A stretch of DNA of 64,000 nucleotides from an uncultured Poribacteria bacterium. GTDB taxonomy: Bacteria > Poribacteria > WGA-4E > WGA-3G. Location of the stretch: the NCBI GenBank assembly GCA_958296135.2, contig CATQHZ020000001.1:4864001-4928000 (forward strand). Reading direction: 5' to 3'. Shown here piece after piece: positions 37,870 to 48,129 of this stretch. The first letter of the stretch is position 1, and each line of letters starts with the position of its first letter. Below the pieces are notes generated by a model. The model worked only from the letters and a program-made list of their open reading frames with translations, searched no databases and was not told where the DNA came from. Position numbers and translations under genes: made by a program.

Positions 37870-38853
37870 CTACGGCAAGATGGCCCCGGCATACACATCT
37901 TGCAATGCATCTTCGGGGTGCGGTTCGGGACTGTTTTTGGCGAACGCGAGGGCATCCTCCAAATCCTTAGCGAGCTCTGCCTCAATCGTCGAGAGCTCCG
38001 GTTCGGTAACGCCTTCCTTCTCGGTGAGGACTGCGGCGAGCCGCCGAATCGGGTCGCGTTTCCGCTCCTGCTCTTGCACCTCTTCCCTATCGCGGTAGGA
38101 TGTCCCCGGGTCGCCGATGTGGTGCCCCCGGAACCGGTAGGTATCGCAATTGAGGAGCGTCGGTCCGCCGCCTTCGCGTGCGCGCGTGACTGCCTCCTGC
38201 GCCGCCGCGTAAACCTTAAGCACATCGTTGCCATCGACGGTGACACCCGGCATATCGTAGGCAGGGGCACGAACGGCGATATCCTCTACGCGTTGATGCT
38301 CGCGCTGCGGTGTGCCCATCCCGAATCGGTTGTTCTCACAGACAAACACCACCGGCAAAGCCCACACAGCGGCAAGATTGAGGGTTTCATGGAAGACACC
38401 CTGGTTCGTCGCGCCATCGCCGAAGAAGGAGACAGCGACTTGTTTCGTGCGCCGGAGTTTGGCAGAGAGCCCGGCGCCGGCGGCAAGCGGAATGCCCGCG
38501 CCGACAACGCCGTTGGCACCCAAAATCCCAGTCGCTTTATCGGCGATGTGCATGGAGCCGCCCTTGCCTTTACAGTAGCCTGTCGTGCGCGCGAACAACT
38601 CCGCCATCATCCGGTCGCGTTTGCCGCCCTTCGCAATGAGATGCCCGTGCCCGCGGTGCGTGCTGGTAATGTAATCGGCATCTTCAAGGTGCGCGCAAAC
38701 GCCTACGGCTGTCGCTTCCTCACCGATATAGAGGTGCAAGAAGCCGGGGAGTTGCCCGCTCTGATACAGTGTCCCGGCGGCTTCTTCAAACTGACGGATT
38801 TCTACCATCTTGCGGTACATCCAAAGCATCCGGTCTTTGCTCGGTTTTGACAT
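37870..38853 (-). CDS. TPP-dependent acetoin/pyruvate dehydrogenase E1 alpha subunit
   Basis: GFLHLYIGEEA, GKGGSMH, FFGDGA, CENN, TYRFRGH. Confidence 0.95.
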   Translation of the reverse strand: MSKPSKDRMLWMYRKMVEIRQFEEAAGTLYQSGQLPGFLHLYIGEEATAVGVCAHLEDADYITSTHRGHGHLIAKGGKRDRMMAELFARTTGYCKGKGGSMHIADKATGILGANGVVGAGIPLAAGAGLSAKLRRTKQVAVSFFGDGATNQGVFHETLNLAAVWALPVVFVCENNRFGMGTPQREHQRVEDIAVRAPAYDMPGVTVDGNDVLKVYAAAQEAVTRAREGGGPTLLNCDTYRFRGHHIGDPGTSYRDREEVQEQERKRDPIRRLAAVLTEKEGVTEPELSTIEAELAKDLEDALAFAKNSPEPHPEDALQDVYAGAILP

Positions 38854-39444
38854 CGTTTTCTTCCTTTTTGTATTGGCGCAAAGCGTTCGGTAAAGCAGGT
38901 TTGGCAGGGGAACCTCCTCTGCGTCTCCGCTGCGCTGGGGCCCCTTTGGCTAAAATGAAACAGGTCATTCCTGTCTGAAACAGCGCACGGGCGAGGGTGC
39001 GCGCTTACAACGCGCGCCTAGTCCATCCTAATGACAGATAAAACGCCTGGCTCAGGCACTAATAATATGATACAAAAATCGCAGTGAAATGTCAACCTAT
39101 TTTATTTTTCTCGGGCGATTTCGTTTTCTCCGCAGGGGCGCGCTTTTCTCTGTGCCCATTTTTAATAGTGACAGATGTGACACTTTTTCTCTCTTTTTTG
39201 CAACAGCCGCGGTGACACGATGAGAGTTCATTTGACTTTCGTGACGATATCGCTGCCGTATGGGGGCGCATTGCGCAAAACAGCCGATTTTGCCAGGAGC
39301 ACTTTGGTTTTCATAGAGCCATCCGCCCTTACACACACCGCGTGCACGCCTCCAGAAAAGTATCCGATTTAAGACTGAAACTTCCTGCAATTGCAAAAGA
39401 CAGAGACAGGCTAACTAAACGTCTCGGCAATGTAAAAAAAATTA

Positions 39445-39473
39445 TTGCATTTTAACGCAAAATGTGTTAAAAT
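39445..39473 (+). promoter_or_regulatory. Putative sigma70 promoter for HNH-rnpA region
   Basis: TTGCAT-N17-TAAAAT with TG. Confidence 0.5.
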
Positions 39474-39539
39474 ATATACATATCCTAAAAACTCGGCGGT
39501 ATCTGGAGGAAACGAACCGGTTCTGTCAGGGGAAATTCA

Positions 39540-40079
39540 ATGGAAACGTCTGTCTTGGTTCTCAACGCCAGTTATGAGGCGATTAACATTTGCAATATAA
39601 GGCGTGCCTTGAAGATGGTTTTCAAGGGGACGGCGCAGACAGAAGAGGCATCGGAAGCGGTGCTTCATTCTCCCAGCGCGGTGATGCAAGTGCCGCACGT
39701 CATCCGGCTGGTAAATTACGTGAACGTGCCGCGCAGCGTCGTCAAATTCTCGCGCAAGAACGTCCTCGTCCGCGACCGGCACCGGTGCCAATACTGTCGG
39801 CAGGAATTCCCGACAGCCCTGCTCACGTTGGACCATGTCGTGCCGCTCTCCCGCGGCGGCACAACCACCTGGGAAAACGTCGTCACCGCCTGTAAAAAGT
39901 GTAACAACAAAAAGGGCAACCAGCTCGTCTCGGAAGCAAAGATGCGCCTCGAACGGCAGCCGAAAACGCCCTCAATCCTGACCTATTTGCAGCTCAACCG
40001 TTCCAGCGGCTATCACGGGCGCGGTTACCATCCATCGTGGAGAAAATATCTGTATCTCAACTATGACTATTCGACGTAA
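39540..40079 (+). CDS. HNH endonuclease (McrA-like)
   Basis: VLVLNASYE, RDRHRCQYC, TLDHVVP.SRGG, ACKKCNNKK. Confidence 0.92.
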   Translation: METSVLVLNASYEAINICNIRRALKMVFKGTAQTEEASEAVLHSPSAVMQVPHVIRLVNYVNVPRSVVKFSRKNVLVRDRHRCQYCRQEFPTALLTLDHVVPLSRGGTTTWENVVTACKKCNNKKGNQLVSEAKMRLERQPKTPSILTYLQLNRSSGYHGRGYHPSWRKYLYLNYDYST

Positions 40080-40120
40080 CCGAGGCAGCCCGTAGGAGAG
40101 AACGCCCGCGTCTTGACACC

Positions 40121-40400
40121 GACGCATCGGGACAGGGAGGGCCCTCCTACGGGCTGACGCATCGGGACAAGGAGGGCCCTCCTACTGCCCAACGCATCGG
40201 AACAGGGATGTCCCTCCTACGGCCTAACGCATCGGGACAAGGATGTCCCTCCTACTGCCCAACGCATCGGGACAAGGATGTCCCTCCTACGGCCTAACGC
40301 ATCGGGACAGGGAGGGCCCTCCTACGGGCTGACGTATCGGGACAAGGAGGGCCCTCCTACGGGCTGACGTATCGGGACAGGGAGGGCCCTCCTACTGCAC
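40121..40400 (+). repeat. Tandem array, 8 x 35 bp, REP-derived
   Basis: Unit (g/a)acgcatcgggaca(g/a)gga(g/t)g(g/t)ccctcctacNNNNN, no unique spacers. Confidence 0.95.
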
Positions 40401-40414
40401 AGGGCCGGCGAATT

Positions 40415-40804
40415 ATGCAATACCAACTGCACCCGGACAGACTCAAAAAGCGGTGGGAATTCCAGCGTGCCTATCAGAAAGGTAGGAAATACTTGAATCG
40501 CTATTTTGTGATATACGTATTTGCGCGCTCGCAAAGCGCGCCCACCAGCGGAGACACGGAAACGATTGCCGATTGCAATGCCGGTGCACGCTTGGGAATC
40601 ACCGCCAGCAAAAAAGTGGGCAAAAGCGTCCAACGCAACCGGGTCAAACGGCTCATCCGTGAAGCGTTCCGCGCGCTGCGGCCACGGATGCAGCCAGAAT
40701 ACGATGTGGTGGTTGTCGGTAGAACAGCCGCCTGCCCCCTCACGTGTCAGGAGGCACAACGGGGATTATATAGCCTCTTCCGCAGAGCCGCTATCTTGAA
40801 GTGA
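40415..40804 (+). CDS. rnpA: Ribonuclease P protein component
   Basis: [35 protein letters not shown]. Confidence 0.95.
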   Translation: MQYQLHPDRLKKRWEFQRAYQKGRKYLNRYFVIYVFARSQSAPTSGDTETIADCNAGARLGITASKKVGKSVQRNRVKRLIREAFRALRPRMQPEYDVVVVGRTAACPLTCQEAQRGLYSLFRRAAILK

Positions 40805-40815
40805 GAGGCGCAAAG

Positions 40816-41022
40816 ATGATGATATTCCAACACGCCATTCGCTTTTATCGCCGGTTTATTTCGCCAATGCTGCCGCGGACGTGCCGATTCTACCCAACGT
40901 GTTCGCAGTACGCGCTAGAGGCACTGAAACGGTATGGCACCATCAAAGGCATCTGGCTAACGCTAAAACGACTTTCAAAATGCCACCCGTATCACCCCGG
41001 TGGCTTCGACCCGCTCAAATAA
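40816..41022 (+). CDS. yidD: Membrane protein insertion efficiency factor
   Basis: ISP...[11 protein letters not shown]...[12 protein letters not shown]. Confidence 0.95.
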   Translation: MMIFQHAIRFYRRFISPMLPRTCRFYPTCSQYALEALKRYGTIKGIWLTLKRLSKCHPYHPGGFDPLK

Positions 41023-41150
41023 ATGGTTGTAGGGTCGCGAAGCGTTCGTTCAGGGTTATCTTGGCAGAGCCGCTGTCCTGCACAGGGGTTATCTCTGCAG
41101 GAAAACCTGTCAAAGAAAACATCAAACCACCGCTAGGAAATAGGGGAAAA

Positions 41151-42986
41151 ATGGGAGCACGATACATTATTGCCATGGTTCTCATGATTGCAGTCATGCT
41201 CGCGTGGAGCCTGCTGTTCAGCGAACGTTTTGCACCGCAACCGGAAGAACCAGCAACTACTGAACAAACCGAAACAACTGATACAAAGGAAACCGCCGTA
41301 GAAGAGATACCGCCGACGGTGAACGAGGTGACACCACCGCTCAATTCCGACTTTTTTGCGCCGATTCAGGAAAGTCCCGAGGATGCGAAGGTGCATGTCC
41401 AGACCGGCAACTATCACATCACCTTTAATGAAAAATTCGCGATTGCGAAACGGTGGGAATTGGCTCACTTCGCCGACCGGGCGGATATCACAGAGGTGCC
41501 CCTGAACCTGATACCGGACGATGCGCTCAATTGCCTCGCGCTGCGGTTTGGGAACGCACAGCTGCAACTTGATTCACTCAGCACCACATGGCAGGCGGAT
41601 AAATCGGAAATAGCCCTCGCGGCGGCTCAGGAGCCGGAAACGCTCACTTTCACGACGACGATTGCGGAGAAACTGCATGTCGCAAAGCAGCTCACCTTCT
41701 ATCCGGATACCTACACCGTCGATTTGGCATTGACGTTCCGGAATGTCTCCGATGCCCCCTTGCTCATAGGCGGTACTGAGCCCACCAGCGGCTACCAACT
41801 CCGCTGGGGCGCGGGCATCAACGCGGATTTACTCCGACACGAGAAAAAGAGCGGGAAACGCGGCAGACACGGCAAGGAGGGCGCGAAGACTATCCTTGAC
41901 GAAGGAAATCCGACGCGCGAACTAAAGGAGGAACAAGCACTATCTACAGTCCTCTGGGCAGCATTGGACAGCCAATACTTCAGCGCAGTTATGATTCCCG
42001 ACCCGGGGTTGGAAGCAACCTATCTGTTGGATGCATCTAAAGCGGCGAATAAGAACGACATCCAGACCGCGGCACCGACAGAAACAGCAGTCCTGGCAAT
42101 CCCGCGGTTTCAACTTGCCTCCCAAAAAGAGGTGACGCACGCTTTTCAGCTCTATGTCGGTCCGAAGGACGATGCGCTCCTCAAACAGGTAACGGCACCC
42201 AACGCGCCGGAAAAACCGGTTCGCCTCTCCAAAATCATCGATTTCGGGTTTTTCTGGCCGGTTGCATGGGGAATGCTCTGGATATTCAAGGGTTTGCACG
42301 CAGTCTTCCAAAATTACGGCATCGCCATTATCCTGCTGACCTTGCTGATGAAGGTAGTCTTCTACCCGCTCACCCGCAAGGGACACCACTCCATGAAGGA
42401 GATGCAGAAACTTCAACCGGAATTAGCGGAACTCAAGGAGAAATACCGCGATGACCCGCAGAAACTGAACCGCGCCACGATGCGCCTCTATAAAGAGCAC
42501 GGCGTTAACCCGTTAGGCGGCTGTATCCCGATGCTCCCACAACTGCCGATTTTCTGGGCACTGTTTTCCCTACTCGGCAGTGCAGTTGAACTGCGCGGCG
42601 CACCGTTCTTACTCTGGATTGATGATCTTTCTGCACCAGACGTTTTGTTTGAGCTCCCGTTTACGATACCGCTGATCTTCACGGAAATCGATGCTGTCCG
42701 TTTTCTGCCGATACTGAACGGGCTCACCACGTGGCTACAGCAGAAACTCGGAGTAGGGATGACACCGACGCCGACTGGTGATAACATGCAGGCGAAACTG
42801 ATGCAGTTTATGCCGCTGCTTTTCGTCTTTCTTTTTTACAACTGGGCATCCGGATTTGTGTTATACTGGTTGTGCAATAACGTCTTCACGATGGCGCAGC
42901 AATATTTACAGACACGGTATTCGGACGATGCGGAACAGCCAACACCCGCATCGAACAAAAAGACGAGCGGCCCACGGAAACGCTAA
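41151..42986 (+). CDS. yidC: Membrane protein insertase
   Basis: YVGPK, IDFG, NYGIAIILLT, VNPLGGCIP, LWIDDLSAPD; start at ATG 41151. Confidence 0.97.
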   Translation: MGARYIIAMVLMIAVMLAWSLLFSERFAPQPEEPATTEQTETTDTKETAVEEIPPTVNEVTPPLNSDFFAPIQESPEDAKVHVQTGNYHITFNEKFAIAKRWELAHFADRADITEVPLNLIPDDALNCLALRFGNAQLQLDSLSTTWQADKSEIALAAAQEPETLTFTTTIAEKLHVAKQLTFYPDTYTVDLALTFRNVSDAPLLIGGTEPTSGYQLRWGAGINADLLRHEKKSGKRGRHGKEGAKTILDEGNPTRELKEEQALSTVLWAALDSQYFSAVMIPDPGLEATYLLDASKAANKNDIQTAAPTETAVLAIPRFQLASQKEVTHAFQLYVGPKDDALLKQVTAPNAPEKPVRLSKIIDFGFFWPVAWGMLWIFKGLHAVFQNYGIAIILLTLLMKVVFYPLTRKGHHSMKEMQKLQPELAELKEKYRDDPQKLNRATMRLYKEHGVNPLGGCIPMLPQLPIFWALFSLLGSAVELRGAPFLLWIDDLSAPDVLFELPFTIPLIFTEIDAVRFLPILNGLTTWLQQKLGVGMTPTPTGDNMQAKLMQFMPLLFVFLFYNWASGFVLYWLCNNVFTMAQQYLQTRYSDDAEQPTPASNKKTSGPRKR

Positions 42987-43183
42987 CACAAATCCGTAGG
43001 GTGAGGGCCTGTTCCTCAACATGCCACGAATTATCGCAAATCCGTAGGGTGAGGGCCTGTTCCTCAACATGCCACGAATTATCACACAAATCCGTAGGGT
43101 GAGGGCCTGTTCCTCAACATGCCACGAATTATCACACAAATCCGTAGGGTGAGGGCCTGTCCCTCAACATGCCACGAATTATC
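42987..43183 (+). repeat. Tandem array, 4 x 48-50 bp, REP-derived
   Basis: caaatccgtagggtgagggcctgttcctcaacatgccacgaattat four times, filling the yidC-jag spacer. Confidence 0.95.
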
Positions 43184-43199
43184 AAAGGAGAACCTCACT

Positions 43200-43823
43200 G
43201 TGCAAAACTATATTGAAACTGAGGGCACCACTGTCGATGAGGCAATTGAACGTGCCCTCACCGAATTGAATGTGGCGCGCGCCGATGTCACGCTTGATGT
43301 CCTGAATGAACCGACAAAGGGCATTCTGAACTTTGGCGCGAAACCCGCCAAAGTCCGTGCGACGCTCAGGGAGGATGCCGCCACTGCTCCGGACACAATT
43401 CTGAAGGAATTGCTGACGCGGATAGGCATCAATGCCGATATTGAATTGGAAGTGATTGATGGCAACACACACCTCAACATGACAACGGACGCGCCCGCGC
43501 TGCTCATCGGAAAACATGGCCAGACGCTTGATGCCCTTGAACGTCTGCTCAACTGTATCGTCAATAAAGCGTCGGAGGTCAAGAACCGCGTTTTTATTGA
43601 CACGGAGGGTTACCGCGTCCGCCGAGAACAGTCGCTTGTGGAGCTCGCGCATCAGGTGGCGACGAAGGTGCGGCACACGGGACGTGAAGTCGTCCTTGCA
43701 CCGATGTCACCCCGCGACCGGCGCATCATTCATCTTACGTTAAAACCCGACAATGTTGTGAATACCTACAGCCAGGGTGAAGGCGATCTGCGCCGCGTTA
43801 TCGTCACAACGGAGGAACCTTAG
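43200..43823 (+). CDS. jag: Jag/EloR RNA-binding protein (KH and R3H)
   Basis: GTTVDEAI, LLIGKHGQTLDAL, RRIIH, SQGEG; GTG behind AAGGAG. Confidence 0.93.
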   Translation: MQNYIETEGTTVDEAIERALTELNVARADVTLDVLNEPTKGILNFGAKPAKVRATLREDAATAPDTILKELLTRIGINADIELEVIDGNTHLNMTTDAPALLIGKHGQTLDALERLLNCIVNKASEVKNRVFIDTEGYRVRREQSLVELAHQVATKVRHTGREVVLAPMSPRDRRIIHLTLKPDNVVNTYSQGEGDLRRVIVTTEEP

Positions 43824-43979
43824 GGATGCTCGGGCAGCGCGCTTGCAAAGCACGCCTACGGAATTGATGGAAAGCCGATTTTGACGTAGGTTTATAGGTT
43901 TACCTATAAACCGAAGATGTGCTGTTTGGCTTTCGCAAACAGCACTGCGTCAAAATCGGAATCGGAACGAGGCGACGTT

Positions 43980-45515
43980 ATGGGATTCGACGATACTATT
44001 GCTGCCATCGCAACGCCACGCGGCGAAGGCGGCATCGGCATAGTCCGGGTCAGTGGTTCGCGCGCGATTGACATCGCCTGTCAGGTGTTTCGTTCGCCGC
44101 GCGGGGTTTCACCCGCCGAACTGCCAACGCATACGCTGACATACGGGCACGTTGTTAGTCTTTTGCCCGCGGGGGACATCGCGGGGGACAGGCCCCCGCG
44201 CTACGAGAAAAAAACGGACTCTCAACCAAGGCACTATGAACAAATTGACGAGGTGCTGCTCGGGGTAATGCGCGCGCCGAAAACCTACACAGCCGAAGAC
44301 ATCGTCGAATTCAATTGCCACGGTGGAATTGTGCCGCTAACAGCGGTGCTAGAAGTCGTCGTGAAGGCAGGGGCTCGGCTCGCAGAGCCGGGCGAATTTA
44401 CCAAACGCGCCTTCCTCAACGGCCGCCTCGATTTGGCGCAGGCGGAGGCTGTCGCGGAACTCATCGGTTCAAAAACAGAACTCAGCCGGAAAATCGCCCT
44501 CAACGCACTAGAAGGCAAACTTTCAGAGAACGTCAATCATCTCAGCGACAGGGTTGCAGGATTATTGGCAGAAATCGAGGCATCCATCGACTTCCCAGAG
44601 GAAGAACTAGATTTCATGAAGGTGGAGATGCAGCACCAAACGGCGCACACTATTCAAGCAGATTTAACGCGCTTGCTAGAAACCGCCGAAGAAGGACGGC
44701 TCATCAAGGAAGGAATCAACGTTGCCATTTTAGGCAAGCCGAACGTCGGCAAATCCAGTCTCCTCAATGCGCTCGTGCAGCGTGAGCGCGCGATTGTCAC
44801 CGACATCCCCGGCACCACGCGCGATACGATTGAGGAGACGATTCTTCTGATGTTGCAGGAACCCACGGCAATTGGGCGGAAAAACGTTACTGATGAAGAA
44901 GACGTTATTTTCTGCAACGATACGAAAAGCCTCGGCGGCATCCCGATGAACCTCATCGATACCGCCGGCATCCGACAGACAGCAGACATCGTTGAACAGG
45001 AAGGGGTTCAACGAAGTAAAGCGGTGCTGGATAAAGCGGAATTCCTGCTGCTGATGTTTGATGCGTCGCAACCCTTGGCTGAAGCGGATGTGGAACTCTT
45101 GCAAACGGCGAATTCACATCAGGCAATCCTCATCTTAAATAAAACGGATTTGCCTATTGTCACTCGGCCAGAGGCACTGCGTGAATTTTGCCCCGAAAAA
45201 CGGGTAGTGCAGACAGCAATTCCGGAAGGGAACGGCTTAGATGCGCTGAAAGCGGCTATTCGTGAGGCACTGCTCGGTGACGCATTTGTGATGGGCGATT
45301 CGCCGATTGTTACCAATGCGCGGCATCAAGACGCGTTGCGGCGCGCTAACCAAGGGCTCAACGATGCAATCGAGAGTTTAGCAAACGCAATGCCCCCGGA
45401 ACTCGTCGCCGTAGATTTGCACATCAGTCTCGATGCCCTCGGCGACATCGTCGGAAAAACGACAACGGAAGACATTCTGGACCGGATTTTCTCGCAGTTC
45501 TGCATCGGCAAATAA
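43980..45515 (+). CDS. mnmE: tRNA modification GTPase
   Basis: [36 protein letters not shown]; two internal insertions. Confidence 0.97.
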   Translation: MGFDDTIAAIATPRGEGGIGIVRVSGSRAIDIACQVFRSPRGVSPAELPTHTLTYGHVVSLLPAGDIAGDRPPRYEKKTDSQPRHYEQIDEVLLGVMRAPKTYTAEDIVEFNCHGGIVPLTAVLEVVVKAGARLAEPGEFTKRAFLNGRLDLAQAEAVAELIGSKTELSRKIALNALEGKLSENVNHLSDRVAGLLAEIEASIDFPEEELDFMKVEMQHQTAHTIQADLTRLLETAEEGRLIKEGINVAILGKPNVGKSSLLNALVQRERAIVTDIPGTTRDTIEETILLMLQEPTAIGRKNVTDEEDVIFCNDTKSLGGIPMNLIDTAGIRQTADIVEQEGVQRSKAVLDKAEFLLLMFDASQPLAEADVELLQTANSHQAILILNKTDLPIVTRPEALREFCPEKRVVQTAIPEGNGLDALKAAIREALLGDAFVMGDSPIVTNARHQDALRRANQGLNDAIESLANAMPPELVAVDLHISLDALGDIVGKTTTEDILDRIFSQFCIGK

Positions 45516-45517
45516 TT

Positions 45518-45847
45518 TGCAGAAGCTTTTTACCGTAGCGCGGGGGCCCGGCAGTCACTAACTGCCGAGGGTTTCCCCCGCGATGCCCGTGCTGCCAGTC
45601 GCACTGACGTTGTCAATGCTCATGGTTGTGGCTTTTCTGCTGTCCATAGGCGCGCTGCCACCTTGTCCGTAGGCGCGGTTTGATGCAGAAGCTTTTTACC
45701 GTAGCGCGGGGGCCCGGCAGTCACTAACTGCCGAGGGTTTCCCCCGCGATGCCCGCGCTGCCAGTCGCACTGACGTTGTCAATGCTCATGGTTGTGGCTT
45801 TTCTGCTGTCCATAGGCGCGGTGACACCTTGTCCGTAGGCGCGGTTT
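45518..45847 (+). repeat. Tandem duplication, 2 x about 166 bp, with composite REP elements
   Basis: Copies start at 45518 and 45684. Confidence 0.92.
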
Positions 45848-45983
45848 CAAACGGCATCGTGTATTTTAATTTTTATTGGAACTTTTATCGGCACAAGGTG
45901 TGTTTAAGAATGATACGCAATGAACCTTCGTCGTTTGAGTTCGTCCTACGCCTCAGATTCATTGGGTATACAAGGAGTTTTCC

Positions 45984-46169
45984 ATGTTAGCAACGAAACA
46001 ACAGTGGTGCCCGCGCTGCCAACGGCATGTATTAGCCGAGCAGAAGCAGTCCCACGTTGGTAGACAGAAGAACCTAGTTAAGATAATTGTTACGTGCCTC
46101 AAGTGTCGGACAACGCTGTCAAGCAAAACCGCGGTTGCATCGGCTCTTGAGGAATCAACCGAGAATTAA
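45984..46169 (+). CDS. Small zinc-ribbon protein
   Basis: CPRC...CLKC, AAGGAG RBS. Confidence 0.7.
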   Translation: MLATKQQWCPRCQRHVLAEQKQSHVGRQKNLVKIIVTCLKCRTTLSSKTAVASALEESTEN

Positions 46170-46310
46170 TCCGAAAGAAACCGTTAGGCGCGAGATGTTA
46201 GGCTCGTGCCGTAACTCAGCTCCAACAGAGTGCAATGTCTAATGGACAGTCGTGGCTATCCATTCCTTTTAAGCATTCCAGCGGAGTGCAATGTCTATAG
46301 GAGAAAAAAC

Positions 46311-47213
46311 ATGTTTAAATCCGTTTTGTCCCGTCTCTCACTGGCGATAGTTTTGCTGATGGCAGTCGCAATTCCTGCGCACATCGCAGACGCGGAAATC
46401 GAGTGGGGGAAGTCAATTGAAGAAGGGATGAAAGCCGCGGCGAAAGCCGACAAACCGCTCATGCTCGATTTCTACACCGATTCGTGAGGTGCGTGTGCTC
46501 GGCTGGATGCCGAAACGTTCACTGACGCTAACATCACTACCATCGCCGGAAAGTTTGTGCCTGTCAAAGTCAATCTGAGTTATCCGGATGATCTGGCGGC
46601 TCAGGATGCCGCGAGACGGTATGGGATTAGAAGCATCCCGACAATCACGTTCCTCAGCAAGGATGGCGGATTCATCGGCGAAAGCATCGGGTTCCTCCCA
46701 CCGGAACAATTCGCGCCGGTAATGGAAAACGCTTTGCAAGCCGAAGTGATGTTCCAAGAAAAATTGGCGAAGCTAAAGGAGATGCCCGACGATGCCAAAC
46801 TGAACGGCGAAATCGCGCTCACCTATCTGGAGCGGCAGCAACTGGAAAAAGCAATTCCGCTCAGCGAGAAAACGTTTAAAGGTGACGCGGACAATACGAC
46901 GGGACTCCTGCCCAAACTGCACACCGCCTTGGGCATCGCCTACGGCATGACACCGGAAGACGATGAAAATGTCGAGGTGTCTCGTGAGAAAGCTGTCACG
47001 CATCTCCGCACCGTCATCAACGCCTATCCGGAAAGCGATGTGTACGAACAGGCGCAGCATTATCTCGGCGTAGTGTATGCCATCCGAGAGGAATTTGACA
47101 AAGCCATCGAGGTGCTTGAGAAGTTGGTGCAGCATGCTACCGACGAACAGATTCGGATGGCAGCGGAAGCCATGCTTGAACAGGTAAGAGATTTGAGCCA
47201 ACACGGGCAGTAG
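46311..47213 (+). CDS. Secreted thioredoxin-family plus TPR protein with UxxC site (probable selenoprotein)
   Basis: KPLMLDFYTDS-TGA(46485)-GAC..., in frame with ORF 46557-47213 (FVPVKVN, YGIRSIPT, TPR-like helices). Confidence 0.88.
46482..46523 (+). promoter_or_regulatory. Candidate bacterial SECIS hairpin
   Basis: tcggc-TGGAT-gccga stem-loop; loop starts 16 nt after UGA with G at loop position 2; possible lower stem gtga/tcac. Confidence 0.55.
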
Positions 47214-47270
47214 GCGGCGCGGTTTGAAACCGAGCCATCAGTTTGTCAGGGCGGATTTCCATAGCCGCCC

Positions 47271-48002
47271 TCACACTTCATTATCATCATTTCCTAAACC
47301 AGCAACCTCCGCCGGGGACAGCAACCGATGCTGCCCCGGCGGCAGATTGCCGAGTCTCAGCTCACCTACCTGAATTCGCTTTAATCGGACAACGCGGTGC
47401 CCTACCGCTTTAAACATCAAACGCACCTGCCGTTTCTTCCCTTCGTGGATAATTACCTGGATTTGTGAAACCGTGCCCTCGGTGCAGGCGCGCCCGCCTA
47501 CGCGCGATACCTCCGCCGGCGCAGTGCTCCCACCGGGAATAGTGACACCTTCGCGCAACCGCTGAATGGCCTTGTCACTCGGAACGCCATCCACCCACGC
47601 GAGATAGGTTTTCGGAATCTCGTGACTCGGATGCGTCAGCCGATAGGCGAAGTCACCGTCGTTTGTCAACAGCAACAGCCCCTCTGTCTCTAAATCCAAG
47701 CGGCCGACAGGATAGATATTTTCAGAGATGTCTCGCACTAAGTCCATGACAATCGGGCGGCCCCGCTCATCCCGCCGCGTTGTCACATAGCCGGCAGGTT
47801 TATGGAGCATGACGTAGATGCGTTGCGCTGGCAGTGTGACGCGTTGCCCTTCAAACCTAACGCAATCGGTATCCATGTCAAGGGGATGCCCCGGCATGAA
47901 AATCTGCACACCGTTGACGGTGACGCGTCCCTCGTGAATCGCTTTCTTCACGGCTCGCCGCGAGGCGATGCCTGCAGTGGCGATATATTTTTCAAGTCTC
48001 AT
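47271..48002 (-). CDS. rRNA pseudouridine synthase (RsuA/RluB family)
   Basis: MRLEKYIA..GIASRR, HKPAG, PVGRLDLETEGLLLLTNDG, EGKKRQVR. Confidence 0.95.
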   Translation of the reverse strand: MRLEKYIATAGIASRRAVKKAIHEGRVTVNGVQIFMPGHPLDMDTDCVRFEGQRVTLPAQRIYVMLHKPAGYVTTRRDERGRPIVMDLVRDISENIYPVGRLDLETEGLLLLTNDGDFAYRLTHPSHEIPKTYLAWVDGVPSDKAIQRLREGVTIPGGSTAPAEVSRVGGRACTEGTVSQIQVIIHEGKKRQVRLMFKAVGHRVVRLKRIQVGELRLGNLPPGQHRLLSPAEVAGLGNDDNEV

Positions 48003-48129
48003 TTTTGGGTTGTTCGCAATGCATTCCAAGCAGAAGCTTTTTACCGTAGGACGAGGGCCTGTGCCTCGCCATGCACCGGCCCCCGCGATGCTCCCAACCT
48101 AAGGCACTTTACGGGAATGTGTTCTTTTC

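Noticed and set aside
37864-38850. Long antisense ORFs, also 50142-51215, 55517-56629, 19590-20543 and 6263-6901
   Set aside because: Shadows of well-supported genes on the opposite strand in GC-rich DNA
38980-39530. oriC near the rnpA-mnmE cluster
   Set aside because: No dnaA and no cluster of TTATCCACA boxes seen; AT-richness is explained by divergent promoters
40121-40400. CRISPR or TIGR-like guide array beside an HNH nuclease
   Set aside because: Units have no unique spacers, only a few recurring variants; they carry the CCTAC REP end; the HNH is a short McrA-like type with no visible Nop or Cas domain
40881-41150. N-terminal extension of YidC in the ORF track
   Set aside because: Overlaps yidD and a palindromic spacer; the TM-bearing N-terminus starts at ATG 41151
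42987-43183. CRISPR array, or N-terminal extension of Jag from 43119
   Set aside because: Head-to-tail REP copies without spacers; the RBS supports GTG 43200
47482-47501. REP-derived insert in the pseudouridine synthase (VGGRAC)
   Set aside because: Short and degenerate match, too weak without an alignment
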